Positions 54,069 to 63,686 are shown, numbered from the stretch's first letter. The stretch: DNA of 64,000 nucleotides from Candidatus Saccharimonadales bacterium (GCA_035758565.1 DASTXL010000002.1:83118-147117), one strand, 5' to 3'. Notes: generated from the letters alone by a model not told the origin. Translations and numbers: made by a program.

Positions 54069-54129
54069 TCCCCTGTTGGACTGGATACCTGCCGCGGATT
54101 CTGCATTAGCAGAAGCCCGCGGTTCTCCC

Positions 54130-54138
54130 TGTTATACT
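54130..54138 (+). promoter_or_regulatory. Extended -10 (TGTTATACT) 6 nt upstream of the ATG at 54145
   Basis: An identical 9-mer occurs at 58007-58015 upstream of valS. There is no SD between the box and the ATG. Confidence 0.4.
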
Positions 54139-54144
54139 TAGCCC

Positions 54145-54942
54145 ATGGCCAAAAATATCTTGATGTGCGCTCCTGACTTTTTTGATATCGAATACGAAAT
54201 CAATGTTTGGATGCACCAAGAAAACCAAGTTGCTGAAGAAACCGCCGAAGACCAGTGGCGCAAACTTTATAAAATTTACTCTGAAAAACTTGGCTGGAAC
54301 GTCAAATTAATCGACCCCGTCAAAGGCCTGCCTGATATGGTATTTGCCACCGACTGCTGCCTGATGATAGATGACAAAATCCTACTTTCCTCTTTCCGAT
54401 TTCCGGAACGCCAGCCCGAAACCGAGCACTTTGAAAAATGGTTCCGCGCCAAAGGTTATACCAAGATCAAAAAAGCTAAAAACTTCTTCGAAGGCGGTGG
54501 CGATAATTTAATTTGTGGTAACAAGATCCTAGCCGGCCACGGCTTCCGCTCTAGCCCGGAAGCGGCCACGGAACTGCAAAGTTACTTCGACCGCGAGGTT
54601 GTCAGTCTAAAAATCGTCGACCCGCGCTTTTATCATTTGGATACTTCCCTAGCCGTGTTATCCGACGACACGGTCGCCAGCTACCTGCCGGCCCTCGACG
54701 AAGCCAGCCAAAAACGCCTAAAAGCCGCTGTTCCAAATGTTATCGAAGCCACGCTAGAAGAAGCCCAAGGCTTTGGCTTAAACGCTGTAAGTGACGGTCA
54801 CACCGTAATTACCAGCAACGAGTCAGAAAGCTTGCTCGCTAAATACCGCACCGCCGGTTTTGAAGTAATTGGCACGCCAATTTTAGAATTCCGAAAAAGC
54901 GGCGGCGGCGTTAAGTGTTTGACTCTCGACCTAGACCACTAG
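54145..54942 (+). CDS. Guanidino-group-modifying enzyme (amidinotransferase / DDAH / arginine-deiminase-fold family)
   Basis: FEGGGD, YHLDT and the C-terminal catalytic-Cys motif SGGGVKCLTL. Confidence 0.7.
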   Translation: MAKNILMCAPDFFDIEYEINVWMHQENQVAEETAEDQWRKLYKIYSEKLGWNVKLIDPVKGLPDMVFATDCCLMIDDKILLSSFRFPERQPETEHFEKWFRAKGYTKIKKAKNFFEGGGDNLICGNKILAGHGFRSSPEAATELQSYFDREVVSLKIVDPRFYHLDTSLAVLSDDTVASYLPALDEASQKRLKAAVPNVIEATLEEAQGFGLNAVSDGHTVITSNESESLLAKYRTAGFEVIGTPILEFRKSGGGVKCLTLDLDH

Positions 54943-54943
54943 A

Positions 54944-55360
54944 TTAGTGCATTCGCGGACGCGCAGCGCCCACATTTCCAGTTCTAAACGAACTGCCGTT
55001 TGTCTTCGGGCCCCAAGGTACATGGGCGGCCATGGCATGAGCCCGACGAGTCATCTCTTGGTCTTCGGCCAGCTTAACGACGTGCTGGATCTCGGCAACC
55101 AGGCCGTCCTGGCCCAAAACTACCCTATATACATCATCGGCCGCGCAGACGTGAGCGCCAACTGGGTCAGTAGCCTCGTCTAAGATTGCCTCATAGGCCG
55201 TGCCGCTGCCTACAGGCAGCATTTCTACTAGCCGGGTCAGGCTCAAAGCTCGTTCAGCCTCACCGGCTCTCAATGCATAAATTCTTTTACGCTGTTCTTC
55301 GAATGATTTTGCCGGCAATATTCCGACGGGGATATCTATGACAGTTTCAGATCCGTTCAT
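54944..55360 (-). CDS. Hypothetical protein (138 aa)
   Basis: ORF flanked tightly by neighbouring genes. No motif recognised. Confidence 0.4.
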   Translation of the reverse strand: MNGSETVIDIPVGILPAKSFEEQRKRIYALRAGEAERALSLTRLVEMLPVGSGTAYEAILDEATDPVGAHVCAADDVYRVVLGQDGLVAEIQHVVKLAEDQEMTRRAHAMAAHVPWGPKTNGSSFRTGNVGAARPRMH

Positions 55361-55430
55361 TGGGACAAATCCTTAATCTTGCATATTATACTTAATTTAT
55401 GCATATTTGTCAATAAACGAATGTTTGCGA

Positions 55431-56783
55431 TTACCGGTTACGAAGCGCCGTGCGAGCAGCCTTAACTTCGTCATAGGGCCGCTCGATCACGCGTTCTTGA
55501 TTGGCATCGTCTTGTTGCAAGTGCCGCAGTTCAGCGGCTTTTGGCCCATTAGAGAGGATGGATTTTTCGTGACCCTTGCCGAGCAGCAATACTACGTCAC
55601 CTTTCTTGGCGACCTTAAAGGCAGCTGCAATGGCTTCTTCACGCTTGTGTATTAAAAATAAATCTCTTTCCCGAATTTTACCGATCTTCTCGGCACCAGC
55701 GGCTATTTCTTCCATGATGGCTAGACCGTCCATATCACGGTCGTCTTCTTCGGTTACGAATACAATGTCGGCATATTTGCCAGCCAGCTCGCCTTGCACG
55801 GCTCGCTTCTTTTCGTCGCGCCGTCCAGCCGAACCGAACATCACGATTAACTTGCCTTTAACTAGCGGCTTGATGTCTTTGAACAGTTTTTCAAAGCTGT
55901 CCGGGGTGTGAGCGTAATCCACAATTACCTCAAAATCTTGGCCCTCATCCACCGTTACCATCCGACCCTCTACACTTTTTAGAGCAGCTATTCCCTGTTC
56001 TATTTGCTCGACACTCAAACCTAGAGTTCGGCCAACTCCCAACGCCGCTAAAGAGTTATAAACGTTAAAACTGCCTGGCAAATGGCATGTGATGTTGTAT
56101 TTGTCGCTACCGATTTCAACGCTATATCGGCTACCGCTGGCGTTCATTTCTACGTTTTTGGCTTTTAAGTCACCCCTCTTGATACCGTATGTTACTGGAT
56201 TTTTAATATCCTGGGCAAAAAGCTCCGCACTTGGGTCCTCGGCGTTTATTATTCCGGTTCGCAGGCCTTTGCGGTTTTTGTTTGTTAGCTTGAACAACTT
56301 TCGTTTGGCATCTCGGTACTTCTCGAACGTGCCATGATAATCTAGGTGCTCTTCGGTGATATTCGTCATAACCGCCACGCTATATGGCACGCCCCACACC
56401 CGGTATTGAGCCAGTGCATGACTGGTTGTCTCTAAAATTAGCCAATCCACACCTTGCTCTTGCATATACTTAAACCGCTTGAGCAGCACTGGTACGCCGG
56501 CAGTAGTCATATGTTCTATCTGCGGCTTAATGTCGTCACCAACACCGTAGGCCACAGTTGTCATCAGACCGACTTTATAACCTGCTTCATGTAGCATCCG
56601 ATGGATCAGAAAACAGGTAGTTGTCTTGCCATTGGTGCCGGTTACGCCTATAACTTTTAGACTCTGAGATGGAAATCCCTTTAGCGTATTCAGCGCTACG
56701 GCCTCCCCTAGGTGCCCGTAAGGTTCGACGGTTCTGAATACTTTTTTTGGCACGAACTTTTTAACTATTGTTCTCGGGTTCAT
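55431..56783 (-). CDS. murE: Mur ligase, MurE-like (UDP-MurNAc-L-Ala-D-Glu:diamino acid ligase)
   Basis: P-loop GVTGTNGKTTT, and DYAHTPDS characteristic of MurE. The N-terminal domain is short. Confidence 0.8.
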   Translation of the reverse strand: MNPRTIVKKFVPKKVFRTVEPYGHLGEAVALNTLKGFPSQSLKVIGVTGTNGKTTTCFLIHRMLHEAGYKVGLMTTVAYGVGDDIKPQIEHMTTAGVPVLLKRFKYMQEQGVDWLILETTSHALAQYRVWGVPYSVAVMTNITEEHLDYHGTFEKYRDAKRKLFKLTNKNRKGLRTGIINAEDPSAELFAQDIKNPVTYGIKRGDLKAKNVEMNASGSRYSVEIGSDKYNITCHLPGSFNVYNSLAALGVGRTLGLSVEQIEQGIAALKSVEGRMVTVDEGQDFEVIVDYAHTPDSFEKLFKDIKPLVKGKLIVMFGSAGRRDEKKRAVQGELAGKYADIVFVTEEDDRDMDGLAIMEEIAAGAEKIGKIRERDLFLIHKREEAIAAAFKVAKKGDVVLLLGKGHEKSILSNGPKAAELRHLQQDDANQERVIERPYDEVKAARTALRNR

Positions 56784-56806
56784 ACTCTAAAGTATACTGT
56801 AAGCTT

Positions 56807-57865
56807 ATGAGAATCTTAGGGATTGAAAGCTCAGCCGATGAAACCAGCGCTGCCGTAGTGGAAGATGGCAAAAATCTACTGTCCAATATAGTGGCCAGCA
56901 GTCTAAAGCTGCACGAGGTTTACGGCGGCATCGTCCCGGAAATTGCTGCTCGTTCCCATCTAGAAGTAATAATACCGACTATAGAAAAGGCCTTGGCCGA
57001 CGCCGGAACTAATTGGCAAGATATTGACGCTATCGCCGTAACTAAAGGACCGGGCTTAATTGGCAGCTTGCTCATAGGCGTCTTAACCGCCAGAACGTTG
57101 GCCATCTCAAAAAACAAACCTCTATACGCCGTCAATCACGTAGAAGCCCACGTTTATGCCAATTTCATAACCGAAACTAAGCTTCAGAATTACCAGCTGC
57201 CCAAGCACCAGCCTCAGTTCCCCTGCCTTGCCCTAATTGTCTCTGGCGGTCACTCTCAGCTAGTTTTGTTCAAGAATCACGGCGACTACCAGATTCTCGG
57301 ACAGACACGCGACGACGCCGTCGGCGAAGCCTACGACAAGGTCGCCAAAATGTTGGGCTTTCCCTACCCTGGCGGGCCCAGCATCGAGAAAGCCGCGCGC
57401 CTAGGCAATCCTCAGGCAATCAATTTGCCGCAAGCTAAGCTTGATGGCGAATACGAATTCAGCTTTTCAGGCCTTAAAACAGCCGTTTTAAGAGCCGCTC
57501 AAGCTTTAATCGGTGAAGATTACACATTTCCTTCTTCTAAGCTTCCAGAGCGCTTAAATGAGGCTCAAAAGGCTGACATTGCCGCCAGCTTTGAGCGAGC
57601 CGCTCTTTTGGCTCTGGTGGACGCTACAGCTAAAGCTACCATCAGACTAAATCCTAAAAGCATAGTCATCGCCGGTGGAGTAGCCGCCAGTGGGGGGCTG
57701 CGGCGCGAATTAGAAGACAAACTACCCCTTGCTCCCACTTATACAGATATGAAACTGTGCACCGATAATGCCGCCATGATTGCCTCCCTGGCCTATTACC
57801 GCCATTCAATGGACACTCCAGCCGACACTTACTCCCTGTCGCCCGAGCCAAATTTAGCAATGTAG
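56807..57865 (+). CDS. tsaD: tRNA N6-adenosine threonylcarbamoyltransferase
   Basis: MRILGIESSADETSAAVV, the His pair NHVEAHV, and SGGHSQL. I place the start at the ATG at 56807. Confidence 0.95.
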   Translation: MRILGIESSADETSAAVVEDGKNLLSNIVASSLKLHEVYGGIVPEIAARSHLEVIIPTIEKALADAGTNWQDIDAIAVTKGPGLIGSLLIGVLTARTLAISKNKPLYAVNHVEAHVYANFITETKLQNYQLPKHQPQFPCLALIVSGGHSQLVLFKNHGDYQILGQTRDDAVGEAYDKVAKMLGFPYPGGPSIEKAARLGNPQAINLPQAKLDGEYEFSFSGLKTAVLRAAQALIGEDYTFPSSKLPERLNEAQKADIAASFERAALLALVDATAKATIRLNPKSIVIAGGVAASGGLRRELEDKLPLAPTYTDMKLCTDNAAMIASLAYYRHSMDTPADTYSLSPEPNLAM

Positions 57866-57920
57866 TTGAAAACGTAAGCTCGTTGCTGTTAAGCTAAAAT
57901 CAAACAAAAAGTGAAATGTT

Positions 57921-57980
57921 AGGGCACTATTTCACTTGCTTTTCGTACGAAAAGCTTAGTAGTTAGTGCCCTCTTTTTCA
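57921..57980 (+). terminator. Long stem-loop terminator after tsaD
   Basis: AGGGCACTA (57921-57929) pairs with TAGTGCCCT (57964-57972). The inner palindrome is GCTTTTCGTACGAAAAGC (57938-57955). CTTTTTC follows. Confidence 0.7.
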
Positions 57981-58006
57981 TGTGAAGGGCAAAAAGTTAA
58001 CACCTT

Positions 58007-58015
58007 TGTTATACT
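58007..58015 (+). promoter_or_regulatory. Extended -10 (TGTTATACT) 9 nt upstream of the valS ATG
   Basis: No SD between the box and the ATG at 58025. The same 9-mer occurs at 54130-54138. Confidence 0.4.
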
Positions 58016-58024
58016 GTAAAAATC

Positions 58025-60637
58025 ATGAAGTTATCGAGCGCTTATGAGCCCGCAGATTATGAATCCGACATCTATTCCCTCTGGGAGAAGGCAGGGGTCT
58101 TTAAAGCCGACCCCAAGAGTTCTAAGCCTCACTTTTCTATCAGCATGCCGCCACCCAACGAAACCGGCAGCTTGCATGCCGGCCACGCCATTTTCTTGAC
58201 TCTGCAAGATCTTATGGCCCGTCATGCGCGCCAAACCGGCAAAGACGTTCTTTGGCTCCCAGGAACCGATCACGCTGCTCTTGCTGTGAATGCGCTTATG
58301 GAAAAACGGCTGGCGGAGCAGGGGACTAGTCGAGAAAAAATTGGCCGAGAAGAGTTTCTACGCCAAACTCGGGAGTTCGTTAGCCAAAACCGCGGCAATA
58401 TGAATGCTCAGATCAAGGCCATGGGCTCTAGCGTTGATTGGAGCCGGGCTCGCTACACCTTAGACGAGGCTCTAAACCGCTGCGTTAATGAAACCTTTGT
58501 CAAAATGTACGACAGGGGTCTAATTTACAGAGGTCACCGCATTGTTAACTGGGATCCTAAGCTTCAGACCGTAGTCTCCGACGACGAAGTCGTTTATAAG
58601 GAAGAGAAGGCACCATTTTACACTTTGCAGTTTGGCCCCTTCCAGATTGGCACTGCCCGCCCAGAGACTAAGTTTGGCGACAAGTACGTCGTGATGCACC
58701 CTGATGATGAACGTTATAAACACTTCAAAGACGGCGACACTTTTGAGTGCGAGTGGATCAATGGCAAAATTACCGCCACGGTGGTCAAAGACGAAGCGAT
58801 TGATCCAGAGTTTGGCACCGGTGTCATGACCATCACGCCGTGGCACGACCACACGGATTTTGAGATTGCCGAACGCCATGGCCTAGAGAAAGAACAAATT
58901 ATTGATTTTGACGGCAAGCTACTGCCCATAGCCGGAGAGTTTGCGGGGCAGGGTATAGACGAAGCCAGACCAAAAATCGTTGAAAAGCTCCAAGCTAAAG
59001 GTTTGATGGTTGATATTGATGAGAATTACATTCACAACGTCGCCATCAATGACCGCGGCAAAGGAGTTATTGAACCGCAAATCCGTTTGCAGTGGTTCGT
59101 AGACGTTAACCGCCCGGCAGTTGAATGGAAGGGTCAGTTGCGCAGCTTGAAAGAGGTTATGCGGGCCGTTATCGACGATGAAGATATCAGGATCCTGCCA
59201 ACCCGCTTTGAGAAAGTTTACTTCCACTGGATCGACAATTTGCGCGACTGGTGCATATCGCGTCAAATCTGGTGGGGACACCGCATTCCGGTTTGGTACA
59301 AGGCCGAAGAGCGTTACGTTGGCGTAAACGCGCCCGAAGGCGAAGGCTGGCAACAAGACCCAGACACACTTGATACCTGGTTTTCTAGCGCGCTTTGGAC
59401 CTGGAGCACACTGATTGATCAAGATTTAGCCAAAGATTTTTCCCTGTCTTTAGAAGATATTTTGGCCCATAGTTTAGACTTCCAGACTTACCACCCCACC
59501 TCTGTTATGGAGACCGGTTGGGACATTTTATTTTTTTGGGTGGCGCGTATGATTCTGGCCACCACATTTATGACTGGCCAAGTTCCCTTTAAAACTGTTT
59601 ACCTGCACGGCTTAGTGCGCACCGAAGCCGGCAAAAAAATGAGCAAGAGCGACCCCGAGGGCAATGTTGATCCAGTAGAAATTATTAGCGAATATGGCGC
59701 TGATGCTCTGCGACTGGCATTAATATCAGGCGTTAGCGCCGGTAATGACCAACGTTTGGGGAAGGGAAGGATTATTGCCAGCCGTAACTTCTGCAATAAG
59801 CTATGGAACATCGCCCGTTACATTGAAACTAATGCCTCTGGCGACTTAAGCGTAGACCCCGAACCAAAGACTGTCGCCGATCATTGGATACTTAACAAGT
59901 TAAGTATTGTTCAGGCGAGTATAAACCGCGATGTTTCCGGTTTTAAGTTTGGCGAAGCCTACGACACCCTCTATCACTTTATTTGGGACGATTTAGCCGA
60001 TTGGTATATCGAGGCCAGCAAGGCAGAGCAGAACCAGAGCGTTTTGGCCTATGCCCTAAAAACCAGCTTGCTGCTGGCCCATCCTTTTGCTCCGTTCGTT
60101 ACCGAAGCCATTTGGCAGCAATTGGGCTGGGGGAACACTGTTCTAGCCGCCATAGAACAGGCTAAGCTTCCGGCTTTTGATCAAGCAGCATCACAGGAAT
60201 TTGAAGATGTTAAAGAAATCGTTACCGAAGCCAGACGCATAGCTAAAACTCTAAATGTACCAAAGCCCGACATGGTTTTTGAAAGTGAACCGTTAGTTGC
60301 GCAGAATAAAGAACTTATCTTAAGGCTCGCTAAGCTGGGTAGTGTTCGTGAGGTTACTAAGGGTGAAGGCCTTAGGTTGACCTCGATAAACAGAGTTATT
60401 TGGCTCGACATAGATAAAACTAAGGCTCGTGACCACGCCGATAAACTTGCTGAACGCGTTAAGGCAGTTGAGGTAAATATCGCTAATCTAGAAAGCCGAC
60501 TCGCTAATAAAAGCTATGCGGAGCGAGCACCGGCTGAGTTGGTTGGGCAGACCAAAGCTCAGCTCAAGCAAGAACAAGACGCACTTGAACGCCTAAACGA
60601 GGAGTTAGCCGAGTTTAAAGCTCTAGGTGGGCTTTGA
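58025..60637 (+). CDS. valS: Valine--tRNA ligase
   Basis: HIGH region PPPNETGSLHAGHA, KMSKS, an editing domain and a C-terminal coiled coil. Confidence 0.98.
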   Translation: MKLSSAYEPADYESDIYSLWEKAGVFKADPKSSKPHFSISMPPPNETGSLHAGHAIFLTLQDLMARHARQTGKDVLWLPGTDHAALAVNALMEKRLAEQGTSREKIGREEFLRQTREFVSQNRGNMNAQIKAMGSSVDWSRARYTLDEALNRCVNETFVKMYDRGLIYRGHRIVNWDPKLQTVVSDDEVVYKEEKAPFYTLQFGPFQIGTARPETKFGDKYVVMHPDDERYKHFKDGDTFECEWINGKITATVVKDEAIDPEFGTGVMTITPWHDHTDFEIAERHGLEKEQIIDFDGKLLPIAGEFAGQGIDEARPKIVEKLQAKGLMVDIDENYIHNVAINDRGKGVIEPQIRLQWFVDVNRPAVEWKGQLRSLKEVMRAVIDDEDIRILPTRFEKVYFHWIDNLRDWCISRQIWWGHRIPVWYKAEERYVGVNAPEGEGWQQDPDTLDTWFSSALWTWSTLIDQDLAKDFSLSLEDILAHSLDFQTYHPTSVMETGWDILFFWVARMILATTFMTGQVPFKTVYLHGLVRTEAGKKMSKSDPEGNVDPVEIISEYGADALRLALISGVSAGNDQRLGKGRIIASRNFCNKLWNIARYIETNASGDLSVDPEPKTVADHWILNKLSIVQASINRDVSGFKFGEAYDTLYHFIWDDLADWYIEASKAEQNQSVLAYALKTSLLLAHPFAPFVTEAIWQQLGWGNTVLAAIEQAKLPAFDQAASQEFEDVKEIVTEARRIAKTLNVPKPDMVFESEPLVAQNKELILRLAKLGSVREVTKGEGLRLTSINRVIWLDIDKTKARDHADKLAERVKAVEVNIANLESRLANKSYAERAPAELVGQTKAQLKQEQDALERLNEELAEFKALGGL

Positions 60638-61457
60638 CTTTTTTAATGCTGGCTTCGGCGTCATAGGGGTTAAAGCGACAGATCTGCCAGCCCAATTTGT
60701 CGGCATTAACCACCGCTAGCTTGTCGTCGTCAACTAAAAGAATGCTTTCGGGTGCGCAACCAGCTTCTTCTTGTGCGTACTCAAAAATTTCAGGACCGTA
60801 TTTGAGCATTTTAACCACGGACGAATCTATCACCTTAGAGAATCGCGACAGGGTAATTTTGCGCTGGGCAGATAAGCCGTCAATTAACTTCGGCATGGTG
60901 TTGGAAAATAAGCCAATCTCGTAGTTTTTAGCGGCCCAATCAACTAGTTCGGCCATGCCCTCTACAGGCTCCACGGCAGATAGGTAAAACTTGCCCCAAT
61001 CAAAATCATCCATTCCAAGATGCTGACCCATGGCCCTGTTGAAGTCGGCCATGCTCATCTTGCCGTCACAGACGTCGTCGTCATATCGCCAGTAAAAGGC
61101 TTCGATAGTATCAACCGGCAGTCCGGTCAGGCTCGACAGCTTAGTGAAGGCCTTTTCGTAAGATCGCACCAAGGTGCCGTTAAGGTCAAAGTAAACAAAT
61201 TTAATACCACTTTTAGAGGTTTTTTTAGCCATCGGCTCGGCCTTTTTGACGTCCAGCAAAGTATCAAGGGGAACCTCGGTAGCCGCAGCAATAGCTGCCA
61301 CCGTAAAGACGCTTGGTGCCCGAATAGCGCCACGCTCAATTTTGGCCAGTGTCGAATAAGATAAGCCCGCCTTTTGACACAACTCTTGTTGTGTCAGCCC
61401 AGCTCTCTGGCGAGCTTTTTGCAAGCGCTGCCCCAGCGCCTTTTCTTCTACCCCCAT
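60615..61457 (-). CDS. Fusion of an XRE-type HTH domain and a HAD-like hydrolase domain
   Basis: The N-terminus LGQRLQKARQRAGLTQQELCQKAGLSYSTLAKIERG is an XRE HTH. It is followed by HAD motif I-like VYFDLNGTLV (the second Asp is Asn) and ILLVDDD. Confidence 0.7.
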   Translation of the reverse strand: MGVEEKALGQRLQKARQRAGLTQQELCQKAGLSYSTLAKIERGAIRAPSVFTVAAIAAATEVPLDTLLDVKKAEPMAKKTSKSGIKFVYFDLNGTLVRSYEKAFTKLSSLTGLPVDTIEAFYWRYDDDVCDGKMSMADFNRAMGQHLGMDDFDWGKFYLSAVEPVEGMAELVDWAAKNYEIGLFSNTMPKLIDGLSAQRKITLSRFSKVIDSSVVKMLKYGPEIFEYAQEEAGCAPESILLVDDDKLAVVNADKLGWQICRFNPYDAEASIKKVKAHLEL

Positions 61458-61540
61458 ATAGCCATATAGTACCAGTTAAGTTATGAACCGCCAACCACAT
61501 AATGCCACCTAGAGGGGTAAATCTGTGGAGATTCTGTGGA

Positions 61541-61933
61541 TTAAAAGGCTAGTTTCGTGGCAATTTTTGATAATTGATCATGGTCGGGCTCAACCGACTG
61601 GTCTGGCACATAGTGATATTGCCGGGCATTTTCGAAAGGGAAGACATGAACATGCGCGTGAGGTACGCCAAGGCCTTCAATCTGGAGGCCGACGTAAGTT
61701 GGTTCTAAAACATCTTGAATACGTCCTGCAATCTTTTTGGCTGCCCCCATTAGATGCTGATATTCCTCGTCACCCAGATTCCAAACAAACTTGACCTGCT
61801 TCTTGGGCACGATTAGAACGTGACCAGGAGTCTTAGGGTGAATATCGAGAAAAGCCAAAACTTGATCGTCTTCGTAAACTTTGTGGCAGGGAATTTCGCC
61901 TTTAATAATCTTGGTGAAAATGCTGTCGCTCAT
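61541..61933 (-). CDS. HIT-family (histidine triad) protein
   Basis: Histidine triad VPHAHVHVFP and the N-terminal IFTKIIKGEIP. Confidence 0.9.
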   Translation of the reverse strand: MSDSIFTKIIKGEIPCHKVYEDDQVLAFLDIHPKTPGHVLIVPKKQVKFVWNLGDEEYQHLMGAAKKIAGRIQDVLEPTYVGLQIEGLGVPHAHVHVFPFENARQYHYVPDQSVEPDHDQLSKIATKLAF

Positions 61934-62011
61934 AGCTTCATATTAACAGGTTGTGCTCTTGATTTTTCTTACTAATTATGCTAATGTTTAATAAGTTTTT
62001 CAAAAACAAAA

Positions 62012-62959
62012 ATGAGCGAATTAACAATCCCGAGCATCGAAAAAGAAGACATTAGCCCACCTAAGATCGAGGCCGGCGGTACGGCAATTGTGCTACAGAG
62101 GCATGAAAAATACGACCGCGACCGAAGCTCTGAACGCTCAGGCTCCGTCTTCGAGGATGCTGCTGAAGCCGCCAAAGAACGAGCTTTGGCTTTTTTTAAG
62201 GAACTTCTATCCAACGAAGATCCAAATAGTCCCACCTACGTTTTCTTTGGCTCAAGCGACACCCAGTACAACAACAAAGGACGCCGCAGCTTGGAAACAG
62301 CCGAGCTAGCACAGCAGGCCTGCATCGAAGTTATGGAGTCGCTAGGCATCAATCCTGCGGAAAGAATACTCAACCTCAACACCAACCACAGTTTAAAAAA
62401 ATTCGACAGTAATCAACAAGGGCAAGATTTAAACATTCGGCCAATTATTAAATTGCGGGAGCCAAATATTTTTGGAGACCACGATAACCACCGACTAGGG
62501 GGCATAGATAAGGAGGCCGCCGCCAAGTCTGGCGACCGGCGCTACTTCGACTACATGATCCAAAAACACGGTTCGGAGGGTGACGAGGCATGGACTCCAG
62601 AAGTTTGGGCCATACATGAAAAGGACGGTGAAGAGGAAAAGAGACGTGAGCTTGGGGCCGAGGGAGTTTATGACATCTTGGACAGAACAAAACGCGCCCT
62701 TGCTGGACTTGCGAGATATTCTGAAGCTTTTCATGACAAGAATCCTGAGGCTAAACTACTACTATGGGTTACCAGCCATTACGACACCATAAGTCCTCTT
62801 GTGAAAGATGCTCAAGGAATCAGTTTGAAAGGTGATGAGTATCTGAAGGTTGATTACGGAGGCGGGGTCGTCATCAACCTGCCAAAAGGTGGCGAAACCG
62901 TCTTGGAGGCTAGGAGTCAAAAGGTGCCGCTCGCTATCGGCAGGGTAGCGGTGGGTTAA
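62012..62959 (+). CDS. Possible histidine-phosphatase-superfamily protein
   Basis: VLQRHEKY (an RH-type catalytic motif) and VTSHYDTISPL (a distal His motif). Weak, pattern-level only. Confidence 0.4.
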   Translation: MSELTIPSIEKEDISPPKIEAGGTAIVLQRHEKYDRDRSSERSGSVFEDAAEAAKERALAFFKELLSNEDPNSPTYVFFGSSDTQYNNKGRRSLETAELAQQACIEVMESLGINPAERILNLNTNHSLKKFDSNQQGQDLNIRPIIKLREPNIFGDHDNHRLGGIDKEAAAKSGDRRYFDYMIQKHGSEGDEAWTPEVWAIHEKDGEEEKRRELGAEGVYDILDRTKRALAGLARYSEAFHDKNPEAKLLLWVTSHYDTISPLVKDAQGISLKGDEYLKVDYGGGVVINLPKGGETVLEARSQKVPLAIGRVAVG

Positions 62960-63480
62960 GCCGTCAGGGCGTCTACAGCCGCTTGAATAGTTTTGAAAAG
63001 CGGGACACCGTGATCGGTGTGCCACTTTTTAATAACAGTTATGTGGCTCTGAACTTGGTCGAGAGCATCACTCTTAGCGCCACCATCGTAGTTATTATGC
63101 TCGCGGTAAGCAATGTAAGATTTGTGCGTTTCCCAGTCGGGAACAACCACGGCATCAGGCTTTAGCCAATAGTTAGAGGCCCCCATGACCCAAAAACCTT
63201 TGGTCTTGGCCTCCATAGTTATAAGATCGCTACGCTGATCAACTCTGTTGATAACATCTAATGGCTCTTCCCACCACGCCCCATCGGGATGGGCGCCGGC
63301 ACCAATCCACAGATCATCGCCATCAATCCAGTGAGGCTCCGCTTGATTTTTGCAAAAATGCGTCTTACCGGCACCGGACGGGGCTAGAATAAAGAGACCT
63401 TTTTGGTGGGTTTTGTACTTAAGAGCCAATTGCTGGTAAAAATTCGAACCATCGCGGAGAATTAAAGGTTTTAGTTCCAT
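62956..63480 (-). CDS. P-loop NTPase of unknown function
   Basis: Walker A LAPSGAGKTH. No further motif recognised. Confidence 0.5.
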   Translation of the reverse strand: MELKPLILRDGSNFYQQLALKYKTHQKGLFILAPSGAGKTHFCKNQAEPHWIDGDDLWIGAGAHPDGAWWEEPLDVINRVDQRSDLITMEAKTKGFWVMGASNYWLKPDAVVVPDWETHKSYIAYREHNNYDGGAKSDALDQVQSHITVIKKWHTDHGVPLFKTIQAAVDALTA

Positions 63481-63497
63481 ACGCTCATGATATCAAA

Positions 63498-63515
63498 TGG
63501 CGGAGAGGGAGGGAT
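63498..63515 (-). repeat. Exact 18-nt copy of the 3' end of tRNA-Ser(GCU)
   Basis: TGGCGGAGAGGGAGGGAT at 63498-63515 is identical to 63687-63704, 189 bp apart in direct orientation. A degenerate T-loop-like GTTCGACCC follows. Confidence 0.85.
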
Positions 63516-63556
63516 GTTCGACCCAACCCGTCAAAAAGCTCTGCTTTTTGCGGTCG

Positions 63557-63621
63557 GGCCCGCCTCGCGGTTTGCCTGAGCGGGCAAACATCGCTCCGGC
63601 CGTTCGAATCCCACGCGGGCC
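63557..63621 (+). pseudogene. tRNA-like remnant (acceptor-like stem plus T-loop-like sequence)
   Basis: GGCCCGC (63557-63563) pairs perfectly with GCGGGCC (63615-63621). There is an internal stem GTTTGCC/GGCAAAC (63570-63589) and GTTCGAATC at 63602-63610. At 65 nt, with no proper T stem or 7-nt anticodon loop, it is not a functional tRNA fold. Confidence 0.3.
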
Positions 63622-63686
63622 AAGCAGTTGTCTCGCTTCGCCTCGTACCAAATTAATAAACCCAGCTAGCGCTGGATTCATTAATT

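Noticed and set aside
53521-54176. ORFs 53604-54176 (+), 53521-53841 (-), 53631-53894 (-) and 53912-54106 (-) in islet 3
   Set aside because: Their translations are dominated by Arg/Gly/Pro/His runs with no globular character. 53604-54176 would also read through two hairpins and the promoter/start of the next gene. Its 3' part is kept only as a possible frameshift partner of 53623-54033.
57866-58024. T-box riboswitch upstream of valS (and likewise upstream of argS at 43182-43198)
   Set aside because: There is no T-box core (GGTGGTACCGCG-like) and no specifier-loop architecture. The hairpin is better explained as the tsaD terminator. argS has virtually no upstream intergenic space.
63498-63530. 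Possible tmRNA 5' end (GGAGGGATGTTCGACCC resembles GGxxGGATTCGAC)
   Set aside because: The resemblance comes from reading a tRNA T-arm copy in reverse. I found no matching 3' acceptor partner ending TCCACCA and no tag-encoding reading frame nearby.
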